A DNA stretch of 32,000 nucleotides from Methylophaga frappieri (GTDB taxonomy: Bacteria; Pseudomonadota; Gammaproteobacteria; Nitrosococcales; Methylophagaceae), in the NCBI RefSeq assembly GCF_000260965.1, contig NC_017856.1, positions 1,200,001 to 1,232,000 on the forward strand, written 5' to 3'. The position numbers and the translations under genes are program-made. The notes under the pieces were generated by a model. The model worked only from the letters and a program-made list of their open reading frames with translations, had not been told where the DNA came from and made no database searches. Position 1 is the stretch's first letter, and each line of letters begins with the position of its first letter. This document shows, piece after piece, positions 1 to 8,982 of the stretch.

Positions 1-296
1 GTCTGCACCAATTGACGAACACTGATTTGCAGCCGACGAATATCTATCAAGGGGTAGGCGATCACCTGTCCCGGTCCATGATAGGTCACCTGTCCTCCCC
101 TATCCGTCTGTACCACCGGAATATCGCCTGTTTCGAGCAAATGCTCTGGTTTGCTATTTCGACCCAAGGTAAAAACAGGCTCGTGCTCCAGCAGCCAAAT
201 CTCATCTTCGGTATTTGCATCGCGCTGTTGGGTGAATGCCTGCATGGCCTGCCATATGGGTAAATAGGGCTGTTTCCCCAAATCTTTGACGATCAT
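1..296 (-). CDS. lipB: Octanoyltransferase LipB, N-terminal part (gene runs off the window start)
   Basis: Absent from the ORF track because it has no stop in the window. My reverse-strand translation from the ATG at 296 reads [89 protein letters not shown]... This carries the LipB hallmark [13 protein letters not shown] and resembles E. coli LipB. The start overlaps the ybeD stop (TGATG). ybeD-lipB adjacency matches E. coli. Confidence 0.85.
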   Translation of the reverse strand, partial: MIVKDLGKQPYLPIWQAMQAFTQQRDANTEDEIWLLEHEPVFTLGRNSKPEHLLETGDIPVVQTDRGGQVTYHGPGQVIAYPLIDIRRLQISVRQLVQ

Positions 297-571
297 CAGA
301 GTGCGTATTTGACCCGTGGTTCAGCAGTCAGATCCTGATAAATCGCATCCAGCTGCGCTTTGCTGGTCGCTGTAATGGTAACGGTGACCGAGCTGTACTT
401 ACCGCCACTGCTTTGCCGGGTACGGACGGCATTATCGCTGACATCATCGGCATGGCGACGAATGATTTTGACAACCAAATCACTGAAATCAGCATGCGAC
501 TCGCCCATCACTTTAACCGGATATTGGCAGGGAAATTCCAGCAGTGTGTCGGGTTGCTCCGGTGTTGTCAT
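296..571 (-). CDS. ybeD: YbeD-like DUF493 small protein
   Basis: [41 protein letters not shown]...[20 protein letters not shown] resembles E. coli YbeD (LLEFP..YKVMG...SITI.AT). I chose the ATG at 571, which overlaps the dat stop as ATGA, over the longer track ORF starting at 622. Confidence 0.85.
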   Translation of the reverse strand: MTTPEQPDTLLEFPCQYPVKVMGESHADFSDLVVKIIRRHADDVSDNAVRTRQSSGGKYSSVTVTITATSKAQLDAIYQDLTAEPRVKYAL

Positions 572-1419
572 GCCTGTACCTCTTGTTTCTTGTTTTGAAA
601 ACGCTGAAACAGATCCTGCCATACCGGACCGGGACTTCCAGATCCAACCCGTTTTCCGTCCAGTTTTGTGACCGGTATTAATTCTTTGGTAGAGCTGCTT
701 ACCCAGATTTCATCTGCGCGGTGCAGTTCAGCTTCTGTCGCCATTCGCAATGACACCTTCAACCCCGCCTCTTCAGCCAGCTGCAATACCAGTTCGCGAG
801 TGATGCCGGCGAGGATTTCCGGGCCGGTATCAGCGGTAATCAAGACGTTATCAAGAAAAACATAAGTGTTACTGGCGGCCCCCTCAGTTAAGCGTCCTGC
901 ACGTAGCAAAAGCGCTTCTTGAGCGCCGGCGGCTTCAGCCTGTTGTTTCATCAGGCAGTTTGCTAACAGGGAAATTGCTTTGATGTCACAACGCTGCCAC
1001 CGAATATCTGGGACCGTGATGGCATCAATACCTGTTTTAAGCCAATGCTCAGGAATCGGTTTCAAGGGGTTACTCATCATGAAAATTCCTGGTAGCACCG
1101 CAGGGGGAAAAACATGATCACGTTGCGGTGCACTGCCTCGAGTTATCTGCAAGTAAACAGCTTGATCCCCTCCCTGATTCCGGGCAATCAGATCCTGTAT
1201 CAGCGTTTGCCAGGAAACATTATCCAGCGGATTTTTCAGATCGATACCATCCAAACTGCGTTGCAGGCGCGCTAAATGACCAGCCAGCAAAAACGCCTTG
1301 CCCGCATAAACCGGAATCACTTCATAGACGCCGTCACCAAACAGATAGCCGCGATCCATAACGGAAATCTGCGCGGCTTGTGCCGGCATAAACTGACCAT
1401 TTAAGAAGACTTCTGACAC
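568..1419 (-). CDS. dat: D-amino-acid aminotransferase (fold-type IV PLP enzyme, Dat-like)
   Basis: 283 aa. N-terminus is LNGQF.P...A.ISVMDRGYLFGDGVYEVI. Contains the RCDIKAISLL motif (catalytic Lys context, as in Bacillus DAAT RCDIKSLNLL). C-terminal TEGAASN...ILAGITR...SSSTKELIPVTKLDG also matches DAAT. GTG start lies 3 nt after the dacA stop. Confidence 0.8.
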   Translation of the reverse strand: MSEVFLNGQFMPAQAAQISVMDRGYLFGDGVYEVIPVYAGKAFLLAGHLARLQRSLDGIDLKNPLDNVSWQTLIQDLIARNQGGDQAVYLQITRGSAPQRDHVFPPAVLPGIFMMSNPLKPIPEHWLKTGIDAITVPDIRWQRCDIKAISLLANCLMKQQAEAAGAQEALLLRAGRLTEGAASNTYVFLDNVLITADTGPEILAGITRELVLQLAEEAGLKVSLRMATEAELHRADEIWVSSSTKELIPVTKLDGKRVGSGSPGPVWQDLFQRFQNKKQEVQA

Positions 1420-1422
1420 TAG

Positions 1423-2574
1423 TTAGCCCCAGATCAACAATAAAATACTGTCAATCAAGCGACGCCACCAGCTGCCTTTTTCTGCTTCATTCAGCGCAAC
1501 CAATTGTTGTTTAGTAATGATTTCTTCGCCCAGTTTTACTTCAACTTCACCCAACGAGGTACCTTTGGCAACCGGGGCAATAATAGGCTGTTGCAGATGA
1601 CTGATCGCTTGCAGATCCTTGTACTGTCCTCTTGGAACCGTGACCCATAGCGGGCTTTCAACACCCAGATCAAGCTGTTTGCTGGCACCCTTCCAGAGTT
1701 TACTTTCAGTAACCTTATCGCCAGTCGCAAACAGTTGATGGGTTTCAAAAAAGCGGAAACCATAATTAAATAATTTTTGGATCTCTTGAGCACGAGCATT
1801 TTCACTGCGCGTTCCCAAGACGACGGCAATCAGACGCATATTGTCTCGTTTGGCCGATGCCGACAAACAATACCCGGCTTCTTCGGTGTGACCAGTTTTC
1901 AGCCCATCAACACTATTGTCACGCCATAACAATTTGTTGCGGTTGTGCTGGGTAATACCGTTGTAGGTAAATTCCTTTTCGGCATACCATGCATAATGAT
2001 CCGGAAAATCACGAATCAATGCAGAGGACAACGTGGCAATATCTTGCGCTGTGGTGTAATGATCCGGGTCAGGCAGCCCAGTGGAATTTACATAATTGGT
2101 ATCAAACATGCCCAACTGCTGCGCATACTGATTCATCATCTGAGCAAAAACTTCTTCACTACCGGCAATATGCTCTGCCAGAGCAACAGCCGCATCATTA
2201 CCAGATTGCACAATCATGCCACGCAACAAGGCTTCTACCGGCACCTTCGTATTGACTTCAATAAAACTGCGCGAGCCAATCATGCGCCAGGCGTTTTCAC
2301 TAATCAGGACTTCATCATCAAGCTGGATATTACCCGCATGCAGTTCGTGCGATACCACATAGGAAGTCATCAACTTGGTAATACTGGCGGGAGGCAGTCG
2401 CTCGTTTGCTAACTCCTCAGCGAGGATCTTGCCACTGTCGTGGTCAATCAAAATATAGGACTTGGCGGCAATAGCGGGTGCCACCGGATTGGGAACAATC
2501 GCACCAGCCAAGGCAACCTGACTGATAAAAAAGAAGAGAACGGCTGAAAATAGTTTTTGCATTAAACTCACCAT
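1423..2574 (-). CDS. dacA: D-alanyl-D-alanine carboxypeptidase (PBP5/6 class)
   Basis: Signal peptide, then SxxK (ASITK), SGN (QSGNDAA) and KTG (LKTGHT) motifs, plus a C-terminal PBP5-type domain and amphipathic tail. The real start may be the ATG at 2562 (MQKLF...), which has a GGTGAG Shine-Dalgarno just upstream. Confidence 0.9.
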   Translation of the reverse strand: MVSLMQKLFSAVLFFFISQVALAGAIVPNPVAPAIAAKSYILIDHDSGKILAEELANERLPPASITKLMTSYVVSHELHAGNIQLDDEVLISENAWRMIGSRSFIEVNTKVPVEALLRGMIVQSGNDAAVALAEHIAGSEEVFAQMMNQYAQQLGMFDTNYVNSTGLPDPDHYTTAQDIATLSSALIRDFPDHYAWYAEKEFTYNGITQHNRNKLLWRDNSVDGLKTGHTEEAGYCLSASAKRDNMRLIAVVLGTRSENARAQEIQKLFNYGFRFFETHQLFATGDKVTESKLWKGASKQLDLGVESPLWVTVPRGQYKDLQAISHLQQPIIAPVAKGTSLGEVEVKLGEEIITKQQLVALNEAEKGSWWRRLIDSILLLIWG

Positions 2575-2600
2575 GCTGTTTGTGTCTCGCTTAATTACGG

Positions 2601-3449
2601 TTACTCAAAAATCATACGTGTTTCGGCAAACCCGAGGTTTGCCAGCCTGTCGGCAATTTGGGTGCCGGCTTGTTGGCCCGCCAACGGCCCAACGCGAACC
2701 CGGTACAAGGCATTCCCACCCTGATTGAATGGCGTGATTTGTACGGGTTCGTCAATTTGCTGTTGGATTGTTTGTTTGATTTGTTCGGCTTTCTGGATGC
2801 TGCTAAATGCGCCAACCTGAATAAAAGTCTGCACTTTGGCGACCGTATCCGCTGGCATCGGTGCGTTTGTCTGCGTTGTCAATGCACTCCTGGATAAGGC
2901 TGCCTGTTGACCGCTTTGAATTGCTCGCACCTCAACGCGACCGGTACCTCTGGCGGTAATGCCTAATTTCGTCGCCGCACTATAAGACAAATCAATCAGT
3001 CTATCATCATGGAAGGGTCCCCGATCATTGACGCGAACAATGACTTTTCGGCCATTATCCAGATTAATTACTTGCACATAAGACGGCAGTGGCAAGGTTT
3101 TATGTGCCGCTGTCATTTTGTACATGTCATAAGGCTCTCCACTGGAAGTTCGACGGCCATGAAATTTATTGCCATACCAAGAGGCAATCCCTCTTTCCAC
3201 ATAGCCATCACTGCTATTCAGCGTGTAATACCTTTTGCCAAAAACTTCATAACTGGCCGGATTGCCATACCGGCTTGGAGCTTCGTAACGTGGCACGGCG
3301 TCTTGCATTTGTGATGCGGTTGGCAACTTATCCGGTGCACTGTCTTTTTCATATGCCGGAGCAGGCCCTTGTTTCACCGCTGGCGAACCGCCACATCCAA
3401 CCAGAATCAAGCACAATAAACTTGCCGCGGACAGACTGCCTTTACGCAT
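2601..3449 (-). CDS. rlpA: Septal ring lytic transglycosylase RlpA (lipoprotein with DPBB and SPOR domains)
   Basis: Lipobox LILVGC. DPBB core is GIASWYG..FHGRRTSSGE.YDM...TAAHKTLPLPSYV.V.NL.NGR..IVRVNDRGPF. C-terminal SPOR-like segment is IQVGAFS...A...Y.VRVGP. ATG overlaps the mltB stop (TAATG). Confidence 0.9.
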   Translation of the reverse strand: MRKGSLSAASLLCLILVGCGGSPAVKQGPAPAYEKDSAPDKLPTASQMQDAVPRYEAPSRYGNPASYEVFGKRYYTLNSSDGYVERGIASWYGNKFHGRRTSSGEPYDMYKMTAAHKTLPLPSYVQVINLDNGRKVIVRVNDRGPFHDDRLIDLSYSAATKLGITARGTGRVEVRAIQSGQQAALSRSALTTQTNAPMPADTVAKVQTFIQVGAFSSIQKAEQIKQTIQQQIDEPVQITPFNQGGNALYRVRVGPLAGQQAGTQIADRLANLGFAETRMIFE

Positions 3450-4429
3450 TATTGCTGACGCTCGTACTGCGTGCGAATCGCTTCAGCTAATTGAAATACC
3501 GCCATGGCATACATCCGGCTGTGATTATAACGGGTAATAGCATAAAAGTTGGGCTCACCCAGCCACAAGGATTCGCCATCCCGTTGGGTCAGACTGAATA
3601 CCGTTAACTGGTTTGCCGAGGCGGGCAACTTTGCCAAGGACAGACCTGCCGCTTTGGCTTCTTCACGACTGATTGATGGCTTCAAGCCGCGTTCAATGAG
3701 TGCTTCAGGTAAGGTGCCATCTTTGCTCTGCGTTGGATACACGATACCTTCACCAGCCTGCCAGCCATGCCGTTTCAGATAATTAGCGATACTGCCAATT
3801 GCATCAGCACGGTTTGTCCAAATATCCCGGTGACCATCACCGTCGAAATCTACTGCATACGCACGGTAACTACTGGGCATAAACTGCCCCAGCCCCATTG
3901 CCCCGGCATAGGATCCAACCGGTTCAGCTGGCGACATGCCTTCTTCTCGGGTCAGAATTAAAAACTGTTGCAATTCCTTACGAAAAAAAGGGCTGCGCGG
4001 AGGGTAACGAAATCCTAATGTGGATAACGCATCGATGACACGAAAGCTGCCCATATTACCGCCAAAGCGGGTTTCGACTCCTAAAATAGCGAGAATAATT
4101 TCTGCCGGGACACCATATTCTTTTTCAGCTTTTGCCAAGGTTTGTGCGTGTTGTTGCCAAAAGCGAACACCAGCGTCAATGCGCGCCTGGTCAAGGAAAA
4201 TATTACGATATTCGTACCAGGGTTTGGCTTTTTCAGCGGGACGGGAAATTGCCTTCAAAATACTGTCTTTGACTTCAACCTGGCTAAACAGACTATTTAG
4301 CTCTTGTCGGTCAAACTGGTGTTCTGTGACCATCTCATCAATAAATTCGTCCAATTCTGGCAGCGCTGGTTCAGCCCAGGCGCTTGATAACCACAAACCT
4401 AATACAGATAACACAATCAAATATTTCAC
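3449..4429 (-). CDS. mltB: Lytic murein transglycosylase B
   Basis: 326 aa with a signal peptide. MltB/SltB motifs present: ILGVETRFG (catalytic Glu), GSYAGAMGLGQFMPSS, DFDGDG, NFYAITRYN. GTG start overlaps the rodA stop (GTGA). Confidence 0.9.
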   Translation of the reverse strand: MKYLIVLSVLGLWLSSAWAEPALPELDEFIDEMVTEHQFDRQELNSLFSQVEVKDSILKAISRPAEKAKPWYEYRNIFLDQARIDAGVRFWQQHAQTLAKAEKEYGVPAEIILAILGVETRFGGNMGSFRVIDALSTLGFRYPPRSPFFRKELQQFLILTREEGMSPAEPVGSYAGAMGLGQFMPSSYRAYAVDFDGDGHRDIWTNRADAIGSIANYLKRHGWQAGEGIVYPTQSKDGTLPEALIERGLKPSISREEAKAAGLSLAKLPASANQLTVFSLTQRDGESLWLGEPNFYAITRYNHSRMYAMAVFQLAEAIRTQYERQQ

Positions 4430-5556
4430 GGTGACATCATCCTTCGGTGGGTGTGTATAGACATCAGAATACCGAAGCCAGCCATCAGGGTCACCATCGA
4501 GGTTCCCCCATAACTCACTAACGGCAAAGGCACGCCAACAACCGGCAATAATCCTGTAACCATGCCGATGTTAACAAATACATAAACCAGAAATGTAATA
4601 GCGATACTGCCAGCGAGCAAACTACCAAAACTGGTTTGCGCTTGAGAAGCAATATACAAACCGCGCGCAGTAATCACGAGGTACAACATAATCAGCAAGG
4701 CAACGCCTATCAGGCCAAATTCTTCGCCGATAACAGCAAAAATAAAGTCCGTACTGCGTTCCGGCAAAAACTCTAAATGTGCCTGGGTTCCCTGTAACCA
4801 GCCTCTGCCAGTTAAACCGCCATTGCCTATCGCAATTTTGGATTGAATAATATGATAACCTGCCCCCAGTGGATCGCTTTCCGGGTTCAAAAAAGTCAGC
4901 ACCCGCCGCTGCTGATAATCATGCATATTCAGCCATAGTAAGGGTGCCGCAGAAGCACATATTGTGATAAATCCTATAATCAGCTTCCAGGAAATACCGG
5001 CCAGAAAAATCACGATTAATCCGGAGCTGGCGATTAGAATTGCTGTGCCCAGATCTGGTTGTTTCGCAATCAACACCGTCGGTACGGCAATTATGATTAA
5101 CGCCACAATAATCCTTAAAAAGCTGGGCGCCAGGGGTCGCTCTGATAAATAGGCAGCTAATAACAGGGGCACGGCAATCTTCATGATTTCAGAAGGTTGA
5201 AAACGCATCACCCCTAAATCTAGCCAACGCTGTGCGCCTTTGCCCATATCACCGACCAACAACACCGCGACCAGTAATATCAAACCAACCCCATAAGCCC
5301 AATAAGCCAGCGCACGTAGCCGATCAGGCGATATTTGTGCGATAAATAACAACCCGATAAATGCCACAAACATGCGTATCAGTTGCCGCATCGATAACCA
5401 GATATCTTCGCCGCCTGAACTGTAAAGCACCACCATGCTCACCGATAGCAACGCCAGCAGACCCAGTATTAAAAATCCGTCCAGATGCGTATTGCGCAAA
5501 TAATAACGCCAGTCGCGTTTTGGCTGACGATCTGGATAAGCGAGCAACTCACGCAT
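4426..5556 (-). CDS. rodA: Peptidoglycan glycosyltransferase RodA (SEDS family)
   Basis: Near-colinear with E. coli RodA: GAQRWLDLG..RFQPSE..K, QPDLGT, DPLGAGYHIIQSKIAIG.GG, FLPER.TDFIFAV, LPVVGVPLPLVSYGG. Start set at the ATG at 5556 (MRELLAYP...), preceded by GGGAGA. The track ORF extends to 5640 inside mrdA. Confidence 0.9.
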   Translation of the reverse strand: MRELLAYPDRQPKRDWRYYLRNTHLDGFLILGLLALLSVSMVVLYSSGGEDIWLSMRQLIRMFVAFIGLLFIAQISPDRLRALAYWAYGVGLILLVAVLLVGDMGKGAQRWLDLGVMRFQPSEIMKIAVPLLLAAYLSERPLAPSFLRIIVALIIIAVPTVLIAKQPDLGTAILIASSGLIVIFLAGISWKLIIGFITICASAAPLLWLNMHDYQQRRVLTFLNPESDPLGAGYHIIQSKIAIGNGGLTGRGWLQGTQAHLEFLPERSTDFIFAVIGEEFGLIGVALLIMLYLVITARGLYIASQAQTSFGSLLAGSIAITFLVYVFVNIGMVTGLLPVVGVPLPLVSYGGTSMVTLMAGFGILMSIHTHRRMMSP

Positions 5557-7465
5557 CACTTTCTCCCTCAGTCTCAGCTTCAGGTTGAGTATCTGCTGGC
5601 AAGTCTTCGTTTTGCTGATTGAGATTGAAGTACTGCTCAATCATTGTTTTTGCCATAGGCGCGGCTTTTTGACTGCCACTGCCCCCATTTTCGACCACAA
5701 CGGCCACGACAAATTCCGGGTTATCTGCCGGTGCAAATGCAATAAATAACGCATGATCATGTAACTTTTTGGCGATGGTCTCAGCATCATATTTTTCGTC
5801 CTGCGCAATGCCAAACACCTGAGCGGTGCCCGTTTTACCTGCGATTTTGAAAGGCATACCTTCGCCTATGTGTTTAGCAGTACCGCGTTTGCCATGGACC
5901 ACTTCGACCATCGCATCCACTACCATCTGCCAGTTTTCCGGCGATTGCACTGGCACACTTTGGCCCTGTTCATTTGCCATCAGTTCCAATGCAGACTGAC
6001 CATTTTCCCGGCTGCCACGAACTAATTGTGGTGGTTGTACCATACCGCGCATAGCAAGTATGGCAGTGGCATGCGCTAACTGCAGCGGCGTTGTCTGATT
6101 AAACCCCTGACCAATTCCTGAAATCAGGGTTTCCCCCGGATACCATGCTTGATTACGACTGCTGCGTTTCCATTGGCTGGATGGCAGTAAACCTTTGCTT
6201 TCATTCGGAATATCGACACCACTTCGCTGACCAAAGCCAAATTGCGACATAAAGTCGTGCATGCGATCAATGCCCAACGCATGGGCTAAATCATAAAAAT
6301 AAACATCACAGGATTCTGCCATCGCCTCAATAACATTGGTATGGCCATGCCCCTGGTGTTTCCAGCAACGATAACGATGTGAATGGCCAGGCAGGGAATA
6401 CCAGCCCGGACAATAGGTTTCACTATTTCGACTCACCACGCCGAGCTCCAACCCTGTCAGTGCAACAAAGGGTTTCAGGGTTGATCCCGGTGGATAATGA
6501 CCTCGTATAGAACGATCGTATAAGGGACGTTCGGGAGAATCGCGTAACGCGGCATAGTCTTTGATGCTGATCCCGGACACAAATAAATTCGGGTCAAAGT
6601 CCGGCTGACTGACCATGGCCAAAATACCGCCATTGCGTGGGTCCATTGCCACAATCGATCCGTTATATCCGGCTAGTGCTTTTGCGGCAGTGCGCTGTAA
6701 TGTCGTATCCAGATGCAAATAAATATCACGGCCTGGTATTGATGCCTGACTAGTCAGCTCACGGACGGTACGCCCTTGCACATTCGTTTCGACTTGCCGG
6801 TAGCCGACTTTACCATGGAGTAAGTCTTCGTACTGTTTCTCGACACCCGTTTTTCCGATTTGCAAAGTGCCTTTGTAATTTTGGGTATCAATAACCTGCA
6901 AATCCTGCTGATTAATTCGGCCTACGTAACCAATTGCATGCGCAAACAACGCGCCCTGAGGGTAATGTCTGATTAACCTGCCAACAACCTCAACCCCGGG
7001 AAATCGGTGCCGATTTACTGAAAAGCGCGCGACTTCATCTTCAGTTAACTGATAACGTAATGTCACCGGCTCAAAGCTACGCTGTTGTTGCAAACGCTCC
7101 TGAAATTTACTTAATTCATCTGCATCAACTGAAAATAATTCTTGCAGTGCGGTCAGGGTTGCCGGCATATCAGGGACTTTTTCAGGTACCAGTTCCAGAC
7201 TAAACGTCGGCATATTTTCAGCTAGCACCACCCCGTTTCGATCGTAAATCAGGCCACGTTGTGGCGGCAGCGGCTCAATATCAACACGGTTTTTATTTGC
7301 CAAGGAATCAAAATGCTCATATTCCATGACTTGTAACACCACTAAACGAACAAAAATGCCAAGAAACAACAACACGGAAAAAATAGCCGCAAACACCAGT
7401 CGCGCATTAACCAAGCGACGCTCGCGCAGATGATCTTTCATGGTCAAGTGCGTGTTAATGGCCAT
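5549..7465 (-). CDS. mrdA: Penicillin-binding protein 2 (elongasome transpeptidase)
   Basis: N-terminal TM segment, RG.IYDRNG, transpeptidase motifs STLKP (SxxK), SGIGQG region and KTGTAQ (KTG). The track ORF begins at TTG 7468. The adjacent ATG at 7465 overlaps the mreD stop (TGATG). An ATG at 7441 (MKDHL) is an alternative start. Confidence 0.9.
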   Translation of the reverse strand: MAINTHLTMKDHLRERRLVNARLVFAAIFSVLLFLGIFVRLVVLQVMEYEHFDSLANKNRVDIEPLPPQRGLIYDRNGVVLAENMPTFSLELVPEKVPDMPATLTALQELFSVDADELSKFQERLQQQRSFEPVTLRYQLTEDEVARFSVNRHRFPGVEVVGRLIRHYPQGALFAHAIGYVGRINQQDLQVIDTQNYKGTLQIGKTGVEKQYEDLLHGKVGYRQVETNVQGRTVRELTSQASIPGRDIYLHLDTTLQRTAAKALAGYNGSIVAMDPRNGGILAMVSQPDFDPNLFVSGISIKDYAALRDSPERPLYDRSIRGHYPPGSTLKPFVALTGLELGVVSRNSETYCPGWYSLPGHSHRYRCWKHQGHGHTNVIEAMAESCDVYFYDLAHALGIDRMHDFMSQFGFGQRSGVDIPNESKGLLPSSQWKRSSRNQAWYPGETLISGIGQGFNQTTPLQLAHATAILAMRGMVQPPQLVRGSRENGQSALELMANEQGQSVPVQSPENWQMVVDAMVEVVHGKRGTAKHIGEGMPFKIAGKTGTAQVFGIAQDEKYDAETIAKKLHDHALFIAFAPADNPEFVVAVVVENGGSGSQKAAPMAKTMIEQYFNLNQQNEDLPADTQPEAETEGESDA

Positions 7466-7944
7466 CAACTGACCTGCAACCCACGACGGATTTTACGCAG
7501 TAAGGCATAAATGAAGGGCCACATCAGCGTACTACTGACCGCCGGCATCCAGATATGCCAAGGATTGGCAAAAGGGGCATTCATTACCGACACGACATGA
7601 ACCAGAAATACCAGAGATAAAATAATAAAAGCCTGCTGCAAAAGCGGATATTGTCGCAACTGCAAATGCAGCCGACCAATGATGTAAATTGCCAGCGCAT
7701 ACGCAAATGCGTGCACACCCAACTGGCCACCCGTCGCAATATCCATGATCAGGCCAGTCACCCAAGCCGTACCAATACTGACTCGCTGCGGTAAGGCCAT
7801 TGCCCAGTAAATTAAGGTCATGATGACCCATTCAGGTCGCGCCAGACTGACCACATCGGGTATTGGTACCAGCATTAACACCAGCGCGATTAATAACGTT
7901 AAATAAATGACCCAGATCTGTTGGGCGCGACTATAGCTGGCCAT
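7465..7944 (-). CDS. mreD: Rod shape-determining protein MreD
   Basis: About 160 aa polytopic membrane protein (MASYSRAQQIWVIYLTLLIALVLMLVPIP...RPEWVIMTLIYW), placed between mreC and mrdA. Start chosen at the ATG at 7944, overlapping the mreC end by 14 nt. The longer track ORF is a read-back into mreC. Confidence 0.85.
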   Translation of the reverse strand: MASYSRAQQIWVIYLTLLIALVLMLVPIPDVVSLARPEWVIMTLIYWAMALPQRVSIGTAWVTGLIMDIATGGQLGVHAFAYALAIYIIGRLHLQLRQYPLLQQAFIILSLVFLVHVVSVMNAPFANPWHIWMPAVSSTLMWPFIYALLRKIRRGLQVS

Positions 7945-8929
7945 CACCGCGCATGTCTGAATTTTCGGTCGTTGGCTCCGAATCAGGCTCGCTAACAGAA
8001 TCAGGCTGCGTCTCTGCTTGCATTTCCTTGTCAGGGTCAACAACCTGATTTTGTTCTAACTCAACAGCCAATTCGGCATCCTCTGCCACAGTCAAGCCAA
8101 CATCGATTTTTTCACCAGGTAACACCAGCATGAGTTCTCGGCTGGTCGCCAATTGGGCAGCGGGTTCTACCGTGATTTGCGCAAACGCTTTGCCTGGCGG
8201 AAAGTTAATTGCAATCACTTTACCCACCGGATAGCCGACCGGAAAGCGCTCTCCCAAACCGGAAGTCACCAATAAATCACCCTCTCTGATATCTACATTG
8301 CGGGGTAAAAACTCCAGCTGTAAAGGCTCGCCAAGCCCCCTGCCAGTGGCAACGGCACGCAACCCATTACGGACAACTTGCACCGGCACACTATGGCTGG
8401 GATCCGTCAACAACACGACCCGACTGGAAAATTGACTGACTTCAGCAACCTGGCCCATCACGCCACGCGAATCCAAAACCGGCTGACCTTCATAGACGCC
8501 GAATTGTCCACCTTTATCAATGATTACATGTTGGTAAAAAGGGTCCAGATCCACGCTAACCAACTCGGCTATTTGCACTCGCTCCTGAAGACGAAATGAA
8601 GAACCCAATAATTCACGTAACCGGAGGTTTTCACGCTCCAGTGTATGTAAACGCTGCAAACGCACACTTTGTGTCAGATTTTGTGCCTCAAGCGCAGTGA
8701 TGCGCTGCCGCAAATCATCTCGACTCTGGAATAAATCTTGAAGCCAATCACCAAACGTCACCGGGGCGGCGGCCAGATTTTGCACAGGATAAACTGCCGT
8801 CGCCAGCACCGACCGTATGGGTTTGAAAAAATCAAAACGACCATCAAGAAAGAACAACAACAATGCAGCCAGAACTGCCAGCAACATGCGTATATTCAGG
8901 AGTGGAGTTTGTGTAAATAACGATTTAAT
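7931..8929 (-). CDS. mreC: Rod shape-determining protein MreC, probably starting at ATT 8929 (first ATG is at 8887)
   Basis: Coiled-coil segment (LEAQN...RLQRLHTLERENLRLRELLG) and beta-barrel core (VIIDKG...GVYEGQPV....GV.GQV.EV....S.V.LLTD, VTSGLGERFP.GYPVG) are typical of MreC. The in-frame sequence upstream of the first ATG reads IKSLFTQTPLLNIR-M. This aligns residue-for-residue with the E. coli MreC N-terminus MKPIFSRGPSLQIRL (recalled from memory). AGGAG (8940-8936) lies 6 nt before ATT 8929, and an in-frame TAG is at 8941-8939. Confidence 0.88.
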   Translation of the reverse strand: MKSLFTQTPLLNIRMLLAVLAALLLFFLDGRFDFFKPIRSVLATAVYPVQNLAAAPVTFGDWLQDLFQSRDDLRQRITALEAQNLTQSVRLQRLHTLERENLRLRELLGSSFRLQERVQIAELVSVDLDPFYQHVIIDKGGQFGVYEGQPVLDSRGVMGQVAEVSQFSSRVVLLTDPSHSVPVQVVRNGLRAVATGRGLGEPLQLEFLPRNVDIREGDLLVTSGLGERFPVGYPVGKVIAINFPPGKAFAQITVEPAAQLATSRELMLVLPGEKIDVGLTVAEDAELAVELEQNQVVDPDKEMQAETQPDSVSEPDSEPTTENSDMRGDGQL

Positions 8930-8946
8930 GACGGACTCCTAAAATG

Positions 8947-8982
8947 AAAAAACCTTCGCAAAATTACGGCATCTGCAAAGGT
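8947..8982 (-). terminator. Hairpin plus T-run between mreB and mreC (possible attenuator)
   Basis: Minus strand reads ACCTTTGCA-(13 nt loop)-TGCGAAGGT (9 bp, one mismatch), followed by TTTTTTCATTTT. It lies 27 nt after the mreB stop and upstream of the mreC Shine-Dalgarno. Confidence 0.4.

Noticed and set aside
12-263. An 83-aa plus-strand ORF at the window start.
   Set aside because: The opposite strand encodes an unmistakable LipB N-terminus ([13 protein letters not shown]). The plus-strand ORF is its shadow.
7532-7831. A 99-aa alternative-frame ORF inside mreD, and similar nested same-strand or antisense ORFs listed in the track (for example 1536-1829, 2612-2815, 26143-26391, 29825-30022).
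   Set aside because: All lie entirely within genes whose primary frame has strong family-level similarity. None has its own SD or conserved motifs.
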